Source: Octopus bimaculoides
Taxonomy: Eukaryota
Direction of reading: 5' to 3'
Assembly: GCF_001194135.2 (NCBI RefSeq)
Contig: NC_068982.1
Location: 42,984,344 to 43,017,231 of the forward strand
Length of the DNA stretch: 32,888 nucleotides
Part shown: piece after piece, positions 20,791 to 32,888 of the stretch
Layout: the number at the start of each line of letters is the position of its first letter
Numbering within the stretch: the first letter of the stretch is position 1
Notes under the pieces: model-generated
Databases searched by the model: none
What the model was told of the DNA's origin: nothing
The model's input: the letters and a program-made list of their open reading frames with translations, nothing else
Translations under genes and position numbers: made by a program

Positions 20791-21892
20791 ATATACATCA
20801 ATATACAATATATACATTTTTATTTGTTTAGTCTTAGATAAGACATAGTTTGTCTTATTAAAGAAGTCAGTTGCGTATTAACCGACAGTCACACTGCTAC
20901 AGGCGCATAAACTCGAGCATCCGAAATACAGATTAGCGGACGTTGAACCATATTGGTTTATTTTAACTAAGCACATTTTTAAAAAATGATGGGTGTGACG
21001 TAATTGAATGGCAAGGTCAAAAGTAACCCTGTATTTTATTGATAATTGTCAATAGATTGCAGTATTGATAATGTCCAACAATACTTTGGACAATAGGATT
21101 ACAGAACAATTACCAAATGACCTTCAAGTCGAAGATAATATGCAACTCGTACAACTTGTTCACTTATTTCTATTACAAAGACAGTGGAAGTCAGGGATAT
21201 GATGATTATGCAGTTCTGTTCGAGAAAACGATAAGACTTTCGTCCATAAATCCATCGAATATCTGCTGCTAATTTTGTTTGGCTTCAGCTCAACCTTGTT
21301 AGAAAAATCCTGTGCTGTAACCATCTCACTTTCTTTATATTCGTTTTACAGTATTTATGTGTCTATAACTACATCATTCAATGTGTACCTACTCTTTTTA
21401 AGGCAACAGGATGAGATAAGAAGGATATTTGCCTGATATGCCTTGCTGATTGAGTGATCACTTAGGCTTCCTCGTAGTTTCCTCAAACAACTATCATAAC
21501 ATGCTACAAAACAGTTTCCTTTGGATGATCAATACTTTTTAGTCAAATAGAGAGGCTGGACTGACAGCATTCATGTCCTTTGCGGTTGTAGGTGTTTCTG
21601 GAATTATTTGCTTGAATACATGTATATACTGAAGTTATGTTAGGGATTGTGGTGCAGAAGTCTATGTGTTGTGATTCTGTCTCTAGGGGGAAGGAGAACT
21701 GGCGGGATCTTAAATAAACGTTAATGTTTAAATATATTTAATGCCTAGAACATTAGTCTCTCGTTAAAATTATTGTAATATTTTCAACAATTGAGAAGTT
21801 AACTCCTCGAATGTTTCGGTCTTGTTATGATCTCATCATCGAAATTTATATTTCATTTTACTTTATACAAATATGTGATTATATTTTGCACT

Positions 21893-21938
<46 letters not shown>

Positions 21939-22144
21939 GTGGGGTGTATGTATGTATGTGTAATGGAATAATGATAGGCAAGCGGGTGGAGAGAAGACAG
22001 TTGAGGGATTGTTTAGCGTGTAACCGAACTAACTAGCAGTATGAAATATAAACAGATACGTCGGGGAGCGGGGATTGTTGCATTTGGTGAATTAAGTCTA
22101 AATCTGTGTTGTCGAGGAGGTATATGTTATATTATCTATATTTC

Positions 22145-22282
22145 GTACTTAGCGGTATTTTATCTGTCTTTACATTTTGAGTTTAAATTTTCCATGTAGT
22201 CGACCTTCCCTTTCTGGAGTCGATATAATCGACTATTTTCTCCCGCAAAATTTCAGGCCTTGTGCCAATAGTAAAAAATATC
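22145..22282 (+). mobile_element. SINE family 1, internally deleted
   Basis: cttagcggtattttatctgtc...gtcgatataatcgac...aaatttcaggccttgtgccaatagtaaaaaat. Confidence 0.75.
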
Positions 22283-23059
22283 ATCTACATTTTGTGCTTG
22301 GGAGGTATGCTAAGCTTTTGTTGTCACGGTATCTTGACTAGTTGAACGTTTCTTCTTATTATTGTATTGCATCTAACAGTTTCGATTGGTTACAGTTGAG
22401 TGACAACAAATGATTTGATGTAGTTTGCCTCAACAATACCATTCTTTTATCAAATACAAAATTACACAGTGCACATTATATGCAATAATATACTGCATGG
22501 GTATGTTATGTCACATTCGGGCCTGCTGCACTCACTCCATTGGTTCTCAAACCGCGCTTTACGAAACTAGCAAGTACCAGGCTTCTTCTGTACTTAAATA
22601 TTAGGGAAGATTTTTGTCCCATCTTCATTTTACGAATGAAGAAACAGAATAGAGTTTTCATCTATATTTTCCCTGTTCCTTGGTCATTGTTTTAGACAAG
22701 ATAGAGTTTAAAACTATTTTAATTTTACTAAGCAAGGCAATTTGTCTAACTCGTTTTCAAATTTCCCAGTCTCCCTCATCAGGTTGGAGGGTATTCTGCC
22801 TCTCTCCTCAAGTAAAAAAACTGGCCCAAAGGACGCCTGTAAGGCCATTTTAACTGATGTATGCTATGATGGTGACAAGAGTAGTGGACGATTAGGTGCA
22901 CCAAGCTGGAGCACAACAGCTACTGTTGAATATAAAGTATGCAAGCTCGTGAGTTGAGGCTCCCCATTTTTCTTAACTTGTAGAGAAAGTTGCCATCTTT
23001 TTCTAACCTACAGGTAAAATGTATATTACACGATGAGTATCCTAAGTCACTCGTATTCT

Positions 23060-23610
23060 GTCTTCTTTCTCCTCCACCTCATCATCATAATCCTTATCAT
23101 CATTCGATAAAAACTTCCGTCCTTATTGAAGTTGTAGATGCTACTCCTGCTGGTAATAATGAGAGTGTCTGACGGCATTGGCGCAATATGCTGTAGTGTA
23201 GCAGCAGTGCTAGAAGTGACGGAGGTGTTATCATTGGTGGTGTTGGCTCTACTCATAATCCTGATGAAGGCGATAGTGGTTATAACAATAGTACTGTTGA
23301 TGATGGTGGTGATGGTGGTGCTGCTGTCGGTAGTGATTACGATGGTTGTGACAGGTGGTCGTCGTCGTAGTCGTGATGGTGGTGTGTTGGTGTTGGTAGA
23401 GCAGATAGTAATATTGGAGATTGAGTCTGTAACGGTACTGGTACTGGCGACGGTATAGCTAGTGAGAGTGGTAGGTAACTGAAGGGATAATGGTAGTGAC
23501 GATCAGACTAGTGTTGATAACTATGACAGAAGTTTGTTGCAATTGTCGCTCTTACCCTCATTGTCGTGTTCGTGTTCACGGTGATGGTGGTGGTGTTCAT
23601 GATCGTCAGC
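23060..23610. repeat. Decayed trinucleotide low-complexity tract (GGT/GAT/AGT/CGT)
   Basis: Mosaic of short 3-periodic runs. Confidence 0.7.
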
Positions 23611-23815
23611 TTGTTTTTTTTTCCCCCCTTTTTCTTCAGACCGATGTAAATAGAGATTTATGTAGAAATCATTGTTGTTTTGTTTGTATATTAATTATAG
23701 TTTTATACCTTTCTCTGGCTGCTTAATTGTTTAGGTATGAAAACTGATCTGTGTCAAGAGCGAAGACAGCAATTATTGTAGGCTAATCAAATTCCCCTTA
23801 TTTTGTTTGATATTT

Positions 23816-23816
<1 letters not shown>

Positions 23817-23862
<46 letters not shown>

Positions 23863-24412
23863 NNNNNNNNNNNNNNNNNNNNNNNNNNNNNNNNNNNNNN
23901 NNNNNNNNNNNNNNNNNNNNNNNNNNNNNNNNNNNNNNNNNNNNNNNNNNNNNNNNNNNNNNNNNNNNNNNNNNNNNNNNNNNNNNNNNNNNNNNNNNNN
24001 NNNNNNNNNNNNNNNNNNNNNNNNNNNNNNNNNNNNNNNNNNNNNNNNNNNNNNNNNNNNNNNNNNNNNNNNNNNNNNNNNNNNNNNNNNNNNNNNNNNN
24101 NNNNNNNNNNNNNNNNNNNNNNNNNNNNNNNNNNNNNNNNNNNNNNNNNNNNNNNNNNNNNNNNNNNNNNNNNNNNNNNNNNNNNNNNNNNNNNNNNNNN
24201 NNNNNNNNNNNNNNNNNNNNNNNNNNNNNNNNNNNNNNNNNNNNNNNNNNNNNNNNNNNNNNNNNNNNNNNNNNNNNNNNNNNNNNNNNNNNNNNNNNNN
24301 NNNNNNNNNNNNNNNNNNNNNNNNNNNNNNNNNNNNNNNNNNNNNNNNNNNNNNNNNNNNNNNNNNNNNNNNNNNNNNATATATACATACATACATATAC
24401 ATACATATATAT
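23817..24412. repeat. (TA)n, N-gap 23863-24379, (CATA)n
   Basis: Directly visible. Confidence 0.95.
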
Positions 24413-24902
24413 AAGCATATAGTTTTTCGTGACTTTGATTTTGACATTGCTTATTTTTGCCTCTGCTTTTTTTTTTTCTGGGTTAAACTTCAATTTCATT
24501 CAGAGCTATAAAACGGATTTCGTTAGTTGCCGTATTAAATGATACGCTATAGTCTTGTTTCTTCGTTTTGTCGACCGTAGAGACGAGGGTAGACTAATCT
24601 ATTATTATTTTACTGAGAGAAGAAAAGATACGGAAATATCTAGAAAGGAGGGAAAGAGAGAAAGAGAGGCAGGCAGGCAGAGAGGGGTGCAGAGGGGGAA
24701 ATAAAGCAAGGGGCGATAGTGAAACAGAATAAGTTGAAAAAACTACTATTTGTTTATGTCTGGATTTTGCTTTCGGTATTCCAATAATCTATGTCGTGTG
24801 TATATGTATGGATATATGTATATATATACATATGCATGCTTATATATGTATTTATGTATACATGTAAATATTTGTATGTATACTTATGTCTGTTAAATGT
24901 GT

Positions 24903-24903
24903 A

Positions 24904-24938
<35 letters not shown>

Positions 24939-24997
24939 TTCTCTCTTCCTTCTCTTTCTTTCTCCCTATATATATNNNNNNNNNNTATATATATAGG

Positions 24998-25047
<50 letters not shown>

Positions 25048-25060
25048 TAGATAGATATAT
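24903..25060. repeat. (TCTA)n and (AGAT)n arrays either side of a 10-N gap (24976-24985)
   Basis: Directly visible. Confidence 0.93.
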
Positions 25061-25081
25061 GCATATATATACATACGCATA

Positions 25082-25410
25082 CAGGGTGCGATGGGTAAAT
25101 TGTTGCCATTTTATGTTTTTTCTTTTACGAATGCGCATTGTTTGTCTTTGATCTTGTCGACTCCACAGTATAGTAGGGTCAGTTGGACACCGTATGTGAG
25201 AAAGACAGCACCGTGACGCAATTCACTCTGCCAAAGAGAGCGTCCAGAATAGTTACAGAATCCGAAGTCGTCTGGAGGCCGTGTTTAAAGCCAATGGCGA
25301 TTCTATTGAATATATTTACTCTTTAGTATTTCAAGATATTTTAACGTAATTTTAGTAAATACATCTGTTAAAATGGGATGTCAGTGTTATTTTCATTTTT
25401 GCATAATTTA
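25082..25410 (+). mobile_element. Tc1/mariner deletion derivative, right TIR missing
   Basis: TA|CAGGGTGCGATGGGTAAATTG start. The Tc1-like C-terminus RIRSRLEAVFKANGDSIE lies at ~25256-25311. Confidence 0.78.
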
Positions 25411-25419
25411 TGTTGTAAT

Positions 25420-27420
25420 TCATGTTGTAAACATAACAATGGTTTACAGAGCAATTGAGGCTTACATAAAAATAGTTGTTCTACCCTAATTTTGGGGTGC
25501 TGATTTCAGATACAAAACCAGTTTTCATTCATCACCTCTAGTATTTCAGATATATATTATTATGATTTTGCGACAATTCGTGAAGCATTTATATGATCAA
25601 TTTCTATTTTGTTTTCCAGATTTTTGTGATACACATGATATATATATCTACAATGGTTTCAGGCACTTCAAAACACCGAGAATGCATCAGCAGGGCAAAT
25701 TCATTTTGCTACGTATGTGGGGATTTCACGACAGTTGTAGAGCCCCGAACAATTACTTCCCTCCAGAGAAGTGTTTACTTTCATTATTTTGACTGTAAAA
25801 TTGGAAATCAGGACAAATCCTGAGCACCTCACATCTGTTGTAAACTCTGCTACAATGGAATAACTGCATGGCTTAACGGCAAGAAAGCAGCCTTCAACTT
25901 TTCTGTCCCGATGGTCTGAAGCGAGCCAGGAAGCCATGCAGATGGTTATTGTTTTTGTCTAACAATTATAACAGCTTTCAATGCTTCTTCCGGAAAAAGA
26001 TCAAATATCCCAACCTTCCATCAGCTATGAGACGTGTCCCCCACTCAAATGATCTCCCTTTCCCTACACGCTCCAGCAAATAAGGGTCGTCTTCTTCCTT
26101 CATCAGATGAAGAAATGCCATCAAGGGAACATTCTGCCAAGTCGACCTCTTCTAATGACAATGTCTCTGTTTATTCAGGAGCAAGTGGTAATGAGCTCCA
26201 CTGGATCACACAGGAACACCTGAACGACTTTGCCCGTGATTTGTAACTATCTAAGCAGCAGTCAGAGCTCCTGGCATCCTGGCTTAGGCAGTGGAACCTA
26301 GTCAAGGCAGATGTAAGGACCACCAATTTCAGAACACGGAACCAGGACTTTGCTTCCTTCCTCGACATCGAAAACAGATTGTGCTACTGCACAAATGTCT
26401 CTGGCTTGTTCACTTTTCTTGGTGTCCCACACACTCTCTCAAATTGGCATCTTTTCATACACACTACCAAGTGAAGTCTGAAGTTTGTGCTCTTGCGCAA
26501 TGGGAATAAATATCCCAGCATTCCCTTTGCCTACTCAGTCCATCTGAAGGAGTGGTGTGATACTGTGGAGCTCCTTTTGGAAGCTCTCAAGTACAACCAG
26601 TACCAATGGAACCTGCGGGGACCTCTAGGTAATTGGGCTCCTTATGGGTATGCAAGCGGTCTTCACAAAGTACTGTTGCTTTCTCTGTCTCTGGGATAGT
26701 CGCGTTGAGTCCAAGCACTACAAGCAGAAGGACTGAGGATCTAGGGGCACTTTAGTGCCTGGTGAACACAGTGTCCAAGAAAATCCTCTGGTGGACATGA
26801 ACAAAGTGCCTTTGCCTCCTCTTCATATCAAACTTGTGCACTCTGTTCCCAGCTCTGAGGTATGCTAAGCTCAAGGAGGGCATCTTGGTCGGATCTCAGA
26901 TCGGAGAGGTGCTGAAGTATAAGGAGCTTCTTACTTTAAAGGAACTGAGAGCATGGAAAGCATTTAAGTCAGTCTGCTATGGTTTCTTTGGTAACACACG
27001 GGTACTAGATTACCAAGTGTGTCTTGAGAAGTTGTTACAGTCTTATGAGGATATGGAATGCCGACTGTCACTCAAAATTCACTTTCTCCACTCCCATCAC
27101 AACTTCTTCCCTCCGACGCTCGGAGCTGTGTGTGATGTGCATGGAGAAAGGTTCCACCAAGATATTACTAAGATGGAGATCAACTACCAAGGTAAGTGGA
27201 GGCCTAGCTTGATGGGGGACTTTTGCTGGATGCTCTTACGTGACATCTCGGAGGTAAATTACACAAGATCGACAAAAGAAGAACAAAAACTTCACTTCTG
27301 TCTGCTGTACTATGATTTGTGTGCATTGTATTATCCACGTAATTTAGTTCCATCAACGTTCTGTGGCTATGCTGTTGTTTTTCTGTAATATGCTTTTGTA
27401 ACAGAAGGAGTTTGTGATAA
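25420..27420 (+). mobile_element. Near-full-length CMC-superfamily (Chapaev3-like) DNA transposon, decayed; termini uncertain
   Basis: Subterminal ...ctaccctaattttggggtgctgatttcag... and the transposase motifs listed in the next feature. The right end is cut by a poly-T run and a SINE. Confidence 0.78.
25653..27300 (+). pseudogene. Chapaev3-like transposase, disrupted
   Basis: FCYVCG, DKS*APHICC..C, FSVPMV, YPNLPSA, LNDFARDL*LSK, SGTxxLASWLRQWNL-like segment, LLRNGNKYPSIP, WDSR (~26693), PPLHIKL followed by an in-gene deletion, AKLKEGI.VG.QI, SLKIHFLHSH, DVHGERFHQD, YQGKW...DFCW.L.RD. Many stops and frameshifts. Confidence 0.88.
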
Positions 27421-27461
27421 AAATTTTTTTTTTTTTTTGATCATTTAATTCATATATGTAC

Positions 27462-27680
27462 GTCGGCGAGTTGGCAAAATTGTTAACGCACCTGGCAAAA
27501 TGCTTAGCGGCATTTCACCCATATTTACTTTCTGAGTTCAAATTCCGCTGAGATCGACTTTGCTTTTCATCATTTCGGAGCCGATAAAATAAGTACCAGT
27601 TGAGAACTAAAGTCGATGTAATCGATTTACCCCTTTTGCTGAAATTGCTTGCCTTGTGCCAAAATTTGAGACTAATAATT
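27462..27680 (+). mobile_element. SINE family 1, full-length, diverged
   Basis: cggcgagttggcaaaattgttaacg...tgcttagcggcatttc...gagttcaaattccg...ttgccttgtgccaaaatttgagactaataat. It shows the uninterrupted form of the site split at 2576/4031. Confidence 0.9.
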
Positions 27681-27777
27681 TAACTCTTCTGTTACTAATT
27701 TATTAACGGATTGAATGTAAACTTTTGTCGTTTTTCAATTTGCAGAAGTGACATTTATTCGATTGAATCGGCAACCT

Positions 27778-27834
27778 CAGTGTATGTTATAGATTTTCGT
27801 GTATGCTGTAGATTTCAGTGTATGCTATAGATTT
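27778..27834. repeat. 19-bp minisatellite x3 (cagtgtatgctatagattt)
   Basis: Three adjacent imperfect copies. Confidence 0.85.
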
Positions 27835-27859
27835 ACATTTCTGAGGGATAAAATCTAAA

Positions 27860-28070
27860 TTCAGTATCGGAGCGGTTTGAACGTCTTGCCATCCAGTGCG
27901 GATGCATCAGATGTCTGGACATGATTGCGGAATATATCCAAGAGGCTCAACGTTACCGTGGAGGATGCAGAGGGGTTGGCACAAGACTGTCAGCGATGGA
28001 GAGCACTGATAGAACTGGTCTCTGGGACCACTATTCTGGGATGGCCCCAACCCCATCAAGCAAGAGCCTG
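27860..28070 (+). mobile_element. RTE-clade LINE 3' fragment
   Basis: RIRCLDMIAEY / KRLNVTVEDAEGLAQDCQRWRALIE follows the RTE C-terminal R..W.D...AQDR..WR pattern. Confidence 0.68.
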
Positions 28071-28371
28071 AAACAGCATAAGCAGTGATTTGAACTCAGC
28101 GTGGAATAGGACATAACCCAAATCTTTAAAGAATTTAGTCTGTTAAGTACTCGTTTACTTCTGTCACTTAATGGCCTTTTAATAACGTATTTATTTGTTG
28201 TAAAACCCCTCACATGTTTGATATAAAGCATATAACTCACATATAAGTAAAGTCTACCTCTTGATTTAAAATAAATTTTGAGTTCGGAAAGAAAGCGGTC
28301 AGATATAATTAACTCCTCTTTTAGAAATGTATTCGATCACATTAAAATCAAGCACATCATACGCAAAGTAC

Positions 28372-28473
28372 GTATGTATGTAAGTAAATATGTATGTATG
28401 TATTATGTATGTGTGTATGTATGTATGTATGTATGTATGTATATGTACACACATACATGAATATATACATATT

Positions 28474-28513
<40 letters not shown>

Positions 28514-28687
28514 NNNNNNNNNNNNNNNNNNNNNNNNNNNNNNNNNNNNNNNNNNNNNNNNNNNNNNNNNNNNNNNNNNNNNNNNNNNNNNNNNNNNNNN
28601 NNNNNNNNNNNNNNNNNNNNNNNNNNNNNNNNNNNNNNNNNNNNNNNNNNNNNNNNNNNNNNNNNNNNNNNNNNNNNNNNNNNNNNN

Positions 28688-28733
<46 letters not shown>

Positions 28734-28780
28734 GTATATACACACATGTATGCATGTATGTATGTATGTATGTATGTATG

Positions 28781-28810
<30 letters not shown>
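28372..28810. repeat. (TATG)n/(TA)n arrays around the N-gap 28514-28687
   Basis: Directly visible. Confidence 0.95.
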
Positions 28811-28812
<2 letters not shown>

Positions 28813-29499
28813 AACGACATTTATAGACCTGACATATAACATAAGCGTCATTAATTCTTACGCAGAATAAAACACCAAACAAAATGGAGTAGGGGGTAGG
28901 TGACTAAATAAACAACTGAAGACGGTTTCACTCTTAAGCCTGACAAGGCTTCGTATAAGAGTGGCTGTAAACCAACTTTTATGACATTGACTTCAAAGCT
29001 AAATACCGGTTACGAGATGAGTCTTTTTCAGGACGAGAAATAAATAAAACTAAAAAAATTAGACAAAATTATTGCACCCCAATGGGGAACTCTATGTGGG
29101 TGGATGTATTTAAGTGGTAAAACGTATGAGGAGTGTAAAGATTATAGAGAACAGAGTGTAGGGGAGAAGCGAAAATATCTACTGTATTAAAGAGACAAAT
29201 AAAAACAAGTTGAAGGGAACTGCTTAAAGGGGTAAATATGATGACGGAGTTTTATTTTTGCTAAAGAAACTCAAGATATATTACTCAGATAGTCTAATAT
29301 TTCTTTATTGTACGAAATCTGTCGTTATTAGACAAGCAATATTTGATTTATTTATTAGGAAAGACGTCACCCTGAAAACATGAAATATAACTAGTACAGC
29401 AATATATGCAAGATATATGAAAACTTTATAAGTATCATGCAATTGTTAACATCTTTACAGCGGGATTTTTACGTGGTGCCAGTAATTCATGGACAGTAG

Positions 29500-30310
29500 A
29501 ACACAGGAAGTTGTTTTATTCATTGTTATATCGACGATAAGGTTCCATATGTACAATCTTAGGTTATAGCATCGAAAGCCGATCAGTATCCTCCACAGCT
29601 TTCTGTATCGGTCTCCAGTGAGACAACTGTCAATGTCAATGTCCAATCTCCTCATGTTATAATTAACCATAGCATTCTATCGTGCCTTAACCTGATTTCT
29701 TGTATCGCTAGCCAACTCTGAATACAGGATTGCAGTCGGTAACATCCTTTTCTGCATTCTTTGGACATACCCTAGCCATTGGGTGTTTCAGTGATCGAAT
29801 GTCTCTTCCAAAATAGGTAGGCTTGACCTTCTCTGAGGTCGAACTGTTCCCCCACCTTACCTTTTCAAGTGATGTTCATGAACTGTCTTAGATGTACGAT
29901 CAGGAATATGTAAGATATGCTGCTTGTAGTATAAGTCCATGCTTCTGATCTATGATATAGGTGAATCACTTTGTTAATGGTAAAAGATTTCACTTTACTT
30001 GACCTCAGCCTTCCAGTCGTCACTCCTGCTCGTACTGCTGTCTAGTTCGATACTGAGACTACCTTCACTGCAAATTTTACTGTCCAACAAGGTTGAGATG
30101 AATGCTTTTTATCAGCTTCTACTCTTTGATGATAATGGTCCTAGATTGTCCCAACTGGTTCGAGTCGGGACTTCACTGATGGCGAATTTTAATGTTCAGT
30201 CTTAACTTTTGTAACTGCACATTCAAAAGTTTCCAGTGGACATTGCATATCTCTGCGCTATGCCAAAGCAAGAACACAACCAATAGCATATCTCTGGTTA
30301 AGACACAGTA
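29500..30310 (-). mobile_element. Old RTE LINE fragment (late RT to C-terminus)
   Basis: Frame-hopping: RDML...HSAE, KLRLNIK, LLDSKICSEGSLSIELD, HLRQFMNIT*K.KV, WLGYVQRMQKRMLPTAILYSEL, RKLWR. Confidence 0.75.
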
Positions 30311-30994
30311 ATGAGTTTTGTTTGCAAGTGATGATGCAAAGGGAAATTAGAAAACATAAAATTGCTTTGCTTTGATTTAATATCGATAGTAGTTATAACA
30401 TAGAAAATAAGGAAACGTCGTATTAATTACTATTATCCGTTTCAATTACTCTAAGATATCTTTCATTCAAGTTGGCTGACATGCTATTTTACAAATTTTG
30501 TTCCTCCTTTAGCAGAAGTGGTAAATATCATAAACATATAGAAACCTGAGTATTCGAAACTTCAAATAAACTAGATTCCTGAAATCCTCAACAATTTCTT
30601 CTGTTACCGATTAATACAGAATATAGAAAATAGTGTTGAAAATTACGACAAGGAATATTGGAAACTGTCATTCTCTTTTAATCTTGTTACAAGTAATATT
30701 ATTATTCATTCAATAATCCCAGTTCAGCCTAGATTTTATGTAAACACCGTAGCATATTCTGTATGTTAATCTATTATCTTCAAAACTGCGGATTTGAGCC
30801 CAGAACACTTAGACACTAACAGCAACAAAATAAAAGGCTCTGCGTAGAATTACACAGACTCGCTCATCTCGGTATAAGATAATACGTCTCTATTTTGACT
30901 TTAAATTAAGTGATGTACATATCTCAAAATAAAGTACACAATATTCATATACATACATTACGAGAGTGCGAAAGCCATAGTTATTTTTTCCTAA

Positions 30995-31190
30995 TTCTGT
31001 AACAATGCCAGCAAATTTTAGGGGCGAAAGCAAATTCATTATATTAAACGTAGTACTGCACTTGTACTTATTTTATTGACTCCGAAAGGCAAAGTCTACC
31101 TCGGTGGCATTTGAACTCAGTACGTAAAGCCAAAGGAAATGCCATTAAGCCTTTTCCCCGGATGCTAATGATTACGCCAGCTCGCCACTT
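30995..31190 (-). mobile_element. SINE family 1, diverged
   Basis: gaaaggcaaagtctacctcggtggcatttgaactcagtacgtaaag...gctaatgattacgccagctcgcc. Confidence 0.82.
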
Positions 31191-31239
31191 TTACCAAATC
31201 TGTAATTATAAAAAATATACGTACATTCATACATACCCC

Positions 31240-31249
31240 ACCCCGCACG

Positions 31250-31282
<33 letters not shown>

Positions 31283-31403
31283 NNNNNNNNNNNNNNNNNN
31301 NNNNNNNNNNNNNNNNNNNNNNNNNNNNNNNNNNNNNNNNNNNNNNNNNNNNNNNNNNNNNNNNNNNNNNNNNNNNNATATATATATATATATATATATA
31401 TAT
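31240..31403. repeat. (CA)n, N-gap 31283-31377, (TA)n
   Basis: Directly visible. Confidence 0.93.
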
Positions 31404-31597
31404 AAAGGAATTCCTGAAGAAAATCTATTGGCATATATGTCCATACTGTTGTTGACATCAGATGCCCGAATACTGTGGACGGGCTTTAAACAGTTTACTA
31501 CTAGGTGCCTACCTGAATATGAAATTATTACTTTATATACATATGTGTGTGTGCGTATGCATGTATGTATAATATGTATGTATATGTATATGTTTAT

Positions 31598-31810
31598 ATG
31601 TCTGAGTTTGTGTTTGTGAGCCCAACACCACTTGATAATTGTTGTTGGTTTGTTTACATCCTTGTAACTTTGCAGCTCGATATACCAGAAGGAGTGAGTT
31701 AGTCCCAGGCCTAAAAAAATAAGTACAGGAATCGATTCTTTCGACGAAAACTCTTCAGTTCTGGGCCCCAACATGGCCGCAATCCAATAACTGAAACAAA
31801 TAAAGGATAC
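31598..31810 (+). mobile_element. SINE-like interspersed repeat, family 3
   Basis: tgtgtttgtgagcccaacaccacttgataat...aacatggccgcaatccaataactgaaacaaataaagg is homologous to the reverse complement of 13383-13585. Confidence 0.65.
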
Positions 31811-31844
<34 letters not shown>

Positions 31845-32111
31845 TGTTTGAAGCTATAGCAAATGCAATATCACTTGAAACTGAAGACTTACTGAATATT
31901 TTTTGTAAACTTAAACCAGATGGTAATGCAAAGTCGATTGTCACACTTCTTCGAAGTCTATATTATCTACATTAGTTTTTGCACACACATAGAAATGTAT
32001 GTATGTATGTATGTATGTATGCATTAACTTTGACTGAGGGTGTTAGTACACCCACAATGCTAGAAACAAGAGCTAAAGCGCTCTGATGCTGCAGTCAATG
32101 CACATAATTGT

Positions 32112-32424
32112 ATACATACTGACAATGAACGTAAACAGCGGGAAACGGCAGTCGAGATGTCCCTATACTATCGGATAATTTCGGCTTTAAACTGCTGCCT
32201 ACTTTAATTATTTGTATACACATTAGCGATTCGCTAAATCATCCATAGATTTCTTTGGTGTAGACATATATACTAGCGGCGATCATGTCCGGAATCTGGC
32301 GAGTAGTGCCAATCCTGCTGAAGAGGGACTAGTGTTAAAGCCGAAACTGTCCGACAGTACACCGACAGGACAGGGATATCTCGACTGCCGCTTTCGGCTG
32401 TTTACGGTCTCTGTCAGTATGTAT
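32112..32424. mobile_element. Inverted-repeat element (~80-bp arms, 144-bp spacer), possibly Penelope-derived
   Basis: 32112-32190 is the imperfect reverse complement of 32335-32424, which has an 11-nt insertion. CTGAAGAG (32318) ... CCGAAAC (32341) lies at the inner edge of the right arm. Confidence 0.65.
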
Positions 32425-32888
32425 GTAAGCAATCGTGAGCCTTGATATGTTTGTGTACGCACGCGGGCTTATGTGTATATACATACATACATACATACAT
32501 ACACACACAGACACATACATTTATATATATAAATATATATATATAAGCAATGTTAATTCTCTAAATGAAGTATTAACAGTAACTGCACGATAAAGTGTAG
32601 TATATTGCCACTTAAGTGTGGCTGACCCCTAGGGGTGGATGTTACTGTTGCTTTTAGCCCCAGGAGGACATCTCCTCCAGCTGGCTTATCGACACACGAC
32701 TGTGTCCTGTTTGCCAAGGGAAGTTATCCCTCTCACCATGATCTGTAGCACGAACGGATCCGGATTTCAGGGTTATTTCCCTTCGTCGGCGTTCGACAGC
32801 CACTGACCTTGGTGAGAGAGACAAAAAACCTGGCAATCTTATATCTACTTTTCCAGTGAAATTCTTCACTGATATCGAAAAGGTGAAA

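Noticed and set aside
20840-21800. Possible host exons in non-repetitive sequence (also 4420-5300 and 5890-6900)
   Set aside because: No frame gave a recognisable protein or a convincing splice-site pair. Short exons cannot be excluded without transcript data.
23047-23502. Thr/Ser-rich open frame on the minus strand (mucin-like exon) and Val-rich ORF 23138-23458
   Set aside because: Open frames are expected in decayed ACC/ACT/ATC repeats. There is no recognisable domain or convincing splice context. RNA-seq could overturn this.
24903-25060. (TCTA)n...(TA)n-gap-(TA)n...(AGAT)n inverted arrangement
   Set aside because: It is symmetric about a 10-N placeholder gap in self-complementary (TA)n, so a scaffolding artefact or chance is as likely as biology.

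Overview
AT-rich, repeat-saturated eukaryotic DNA from a gapped draft assembly. Most N-gaps sit beside microsatellites. The SINE, LINE and microsatellite content suggests a cephalopod, probably Octopus (inferred, not checked). I found no intact host gene, and most ORFs in the track are microsatellite artefacts. The window is a mosaic of tRNA-derived SINEs, decayed non-LTR retrotransposons (two Tx1/L1-like, three R4/Dong-like, three RTE pieces) and DNA transposons (near-full-length Chapaev3-like, Tc1 remnant, hAT-Charlie MITE, 37-bp-TIR MITE). Best leads: (1) an ORF1-retaining Tx1-like element splits a SINE and shares its 3' tail with a SINE variant that sits head-to-tail inside other copies of that SINE, a candidate self-targeting LINE/SINE pair; (2) a young MITE built around a (CCCTAA)n-(TTAGGG)n fold-back; (3) three tandem tRNA-Thr-like cassettes flanked by inverted repeats, the middle one flipped; (4) two long palindromes with hammerhead-core-like motifs; (5) an RTE ending in three C2H2 fingers. 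All family assignments come from motif recognition by eye, with no database search.
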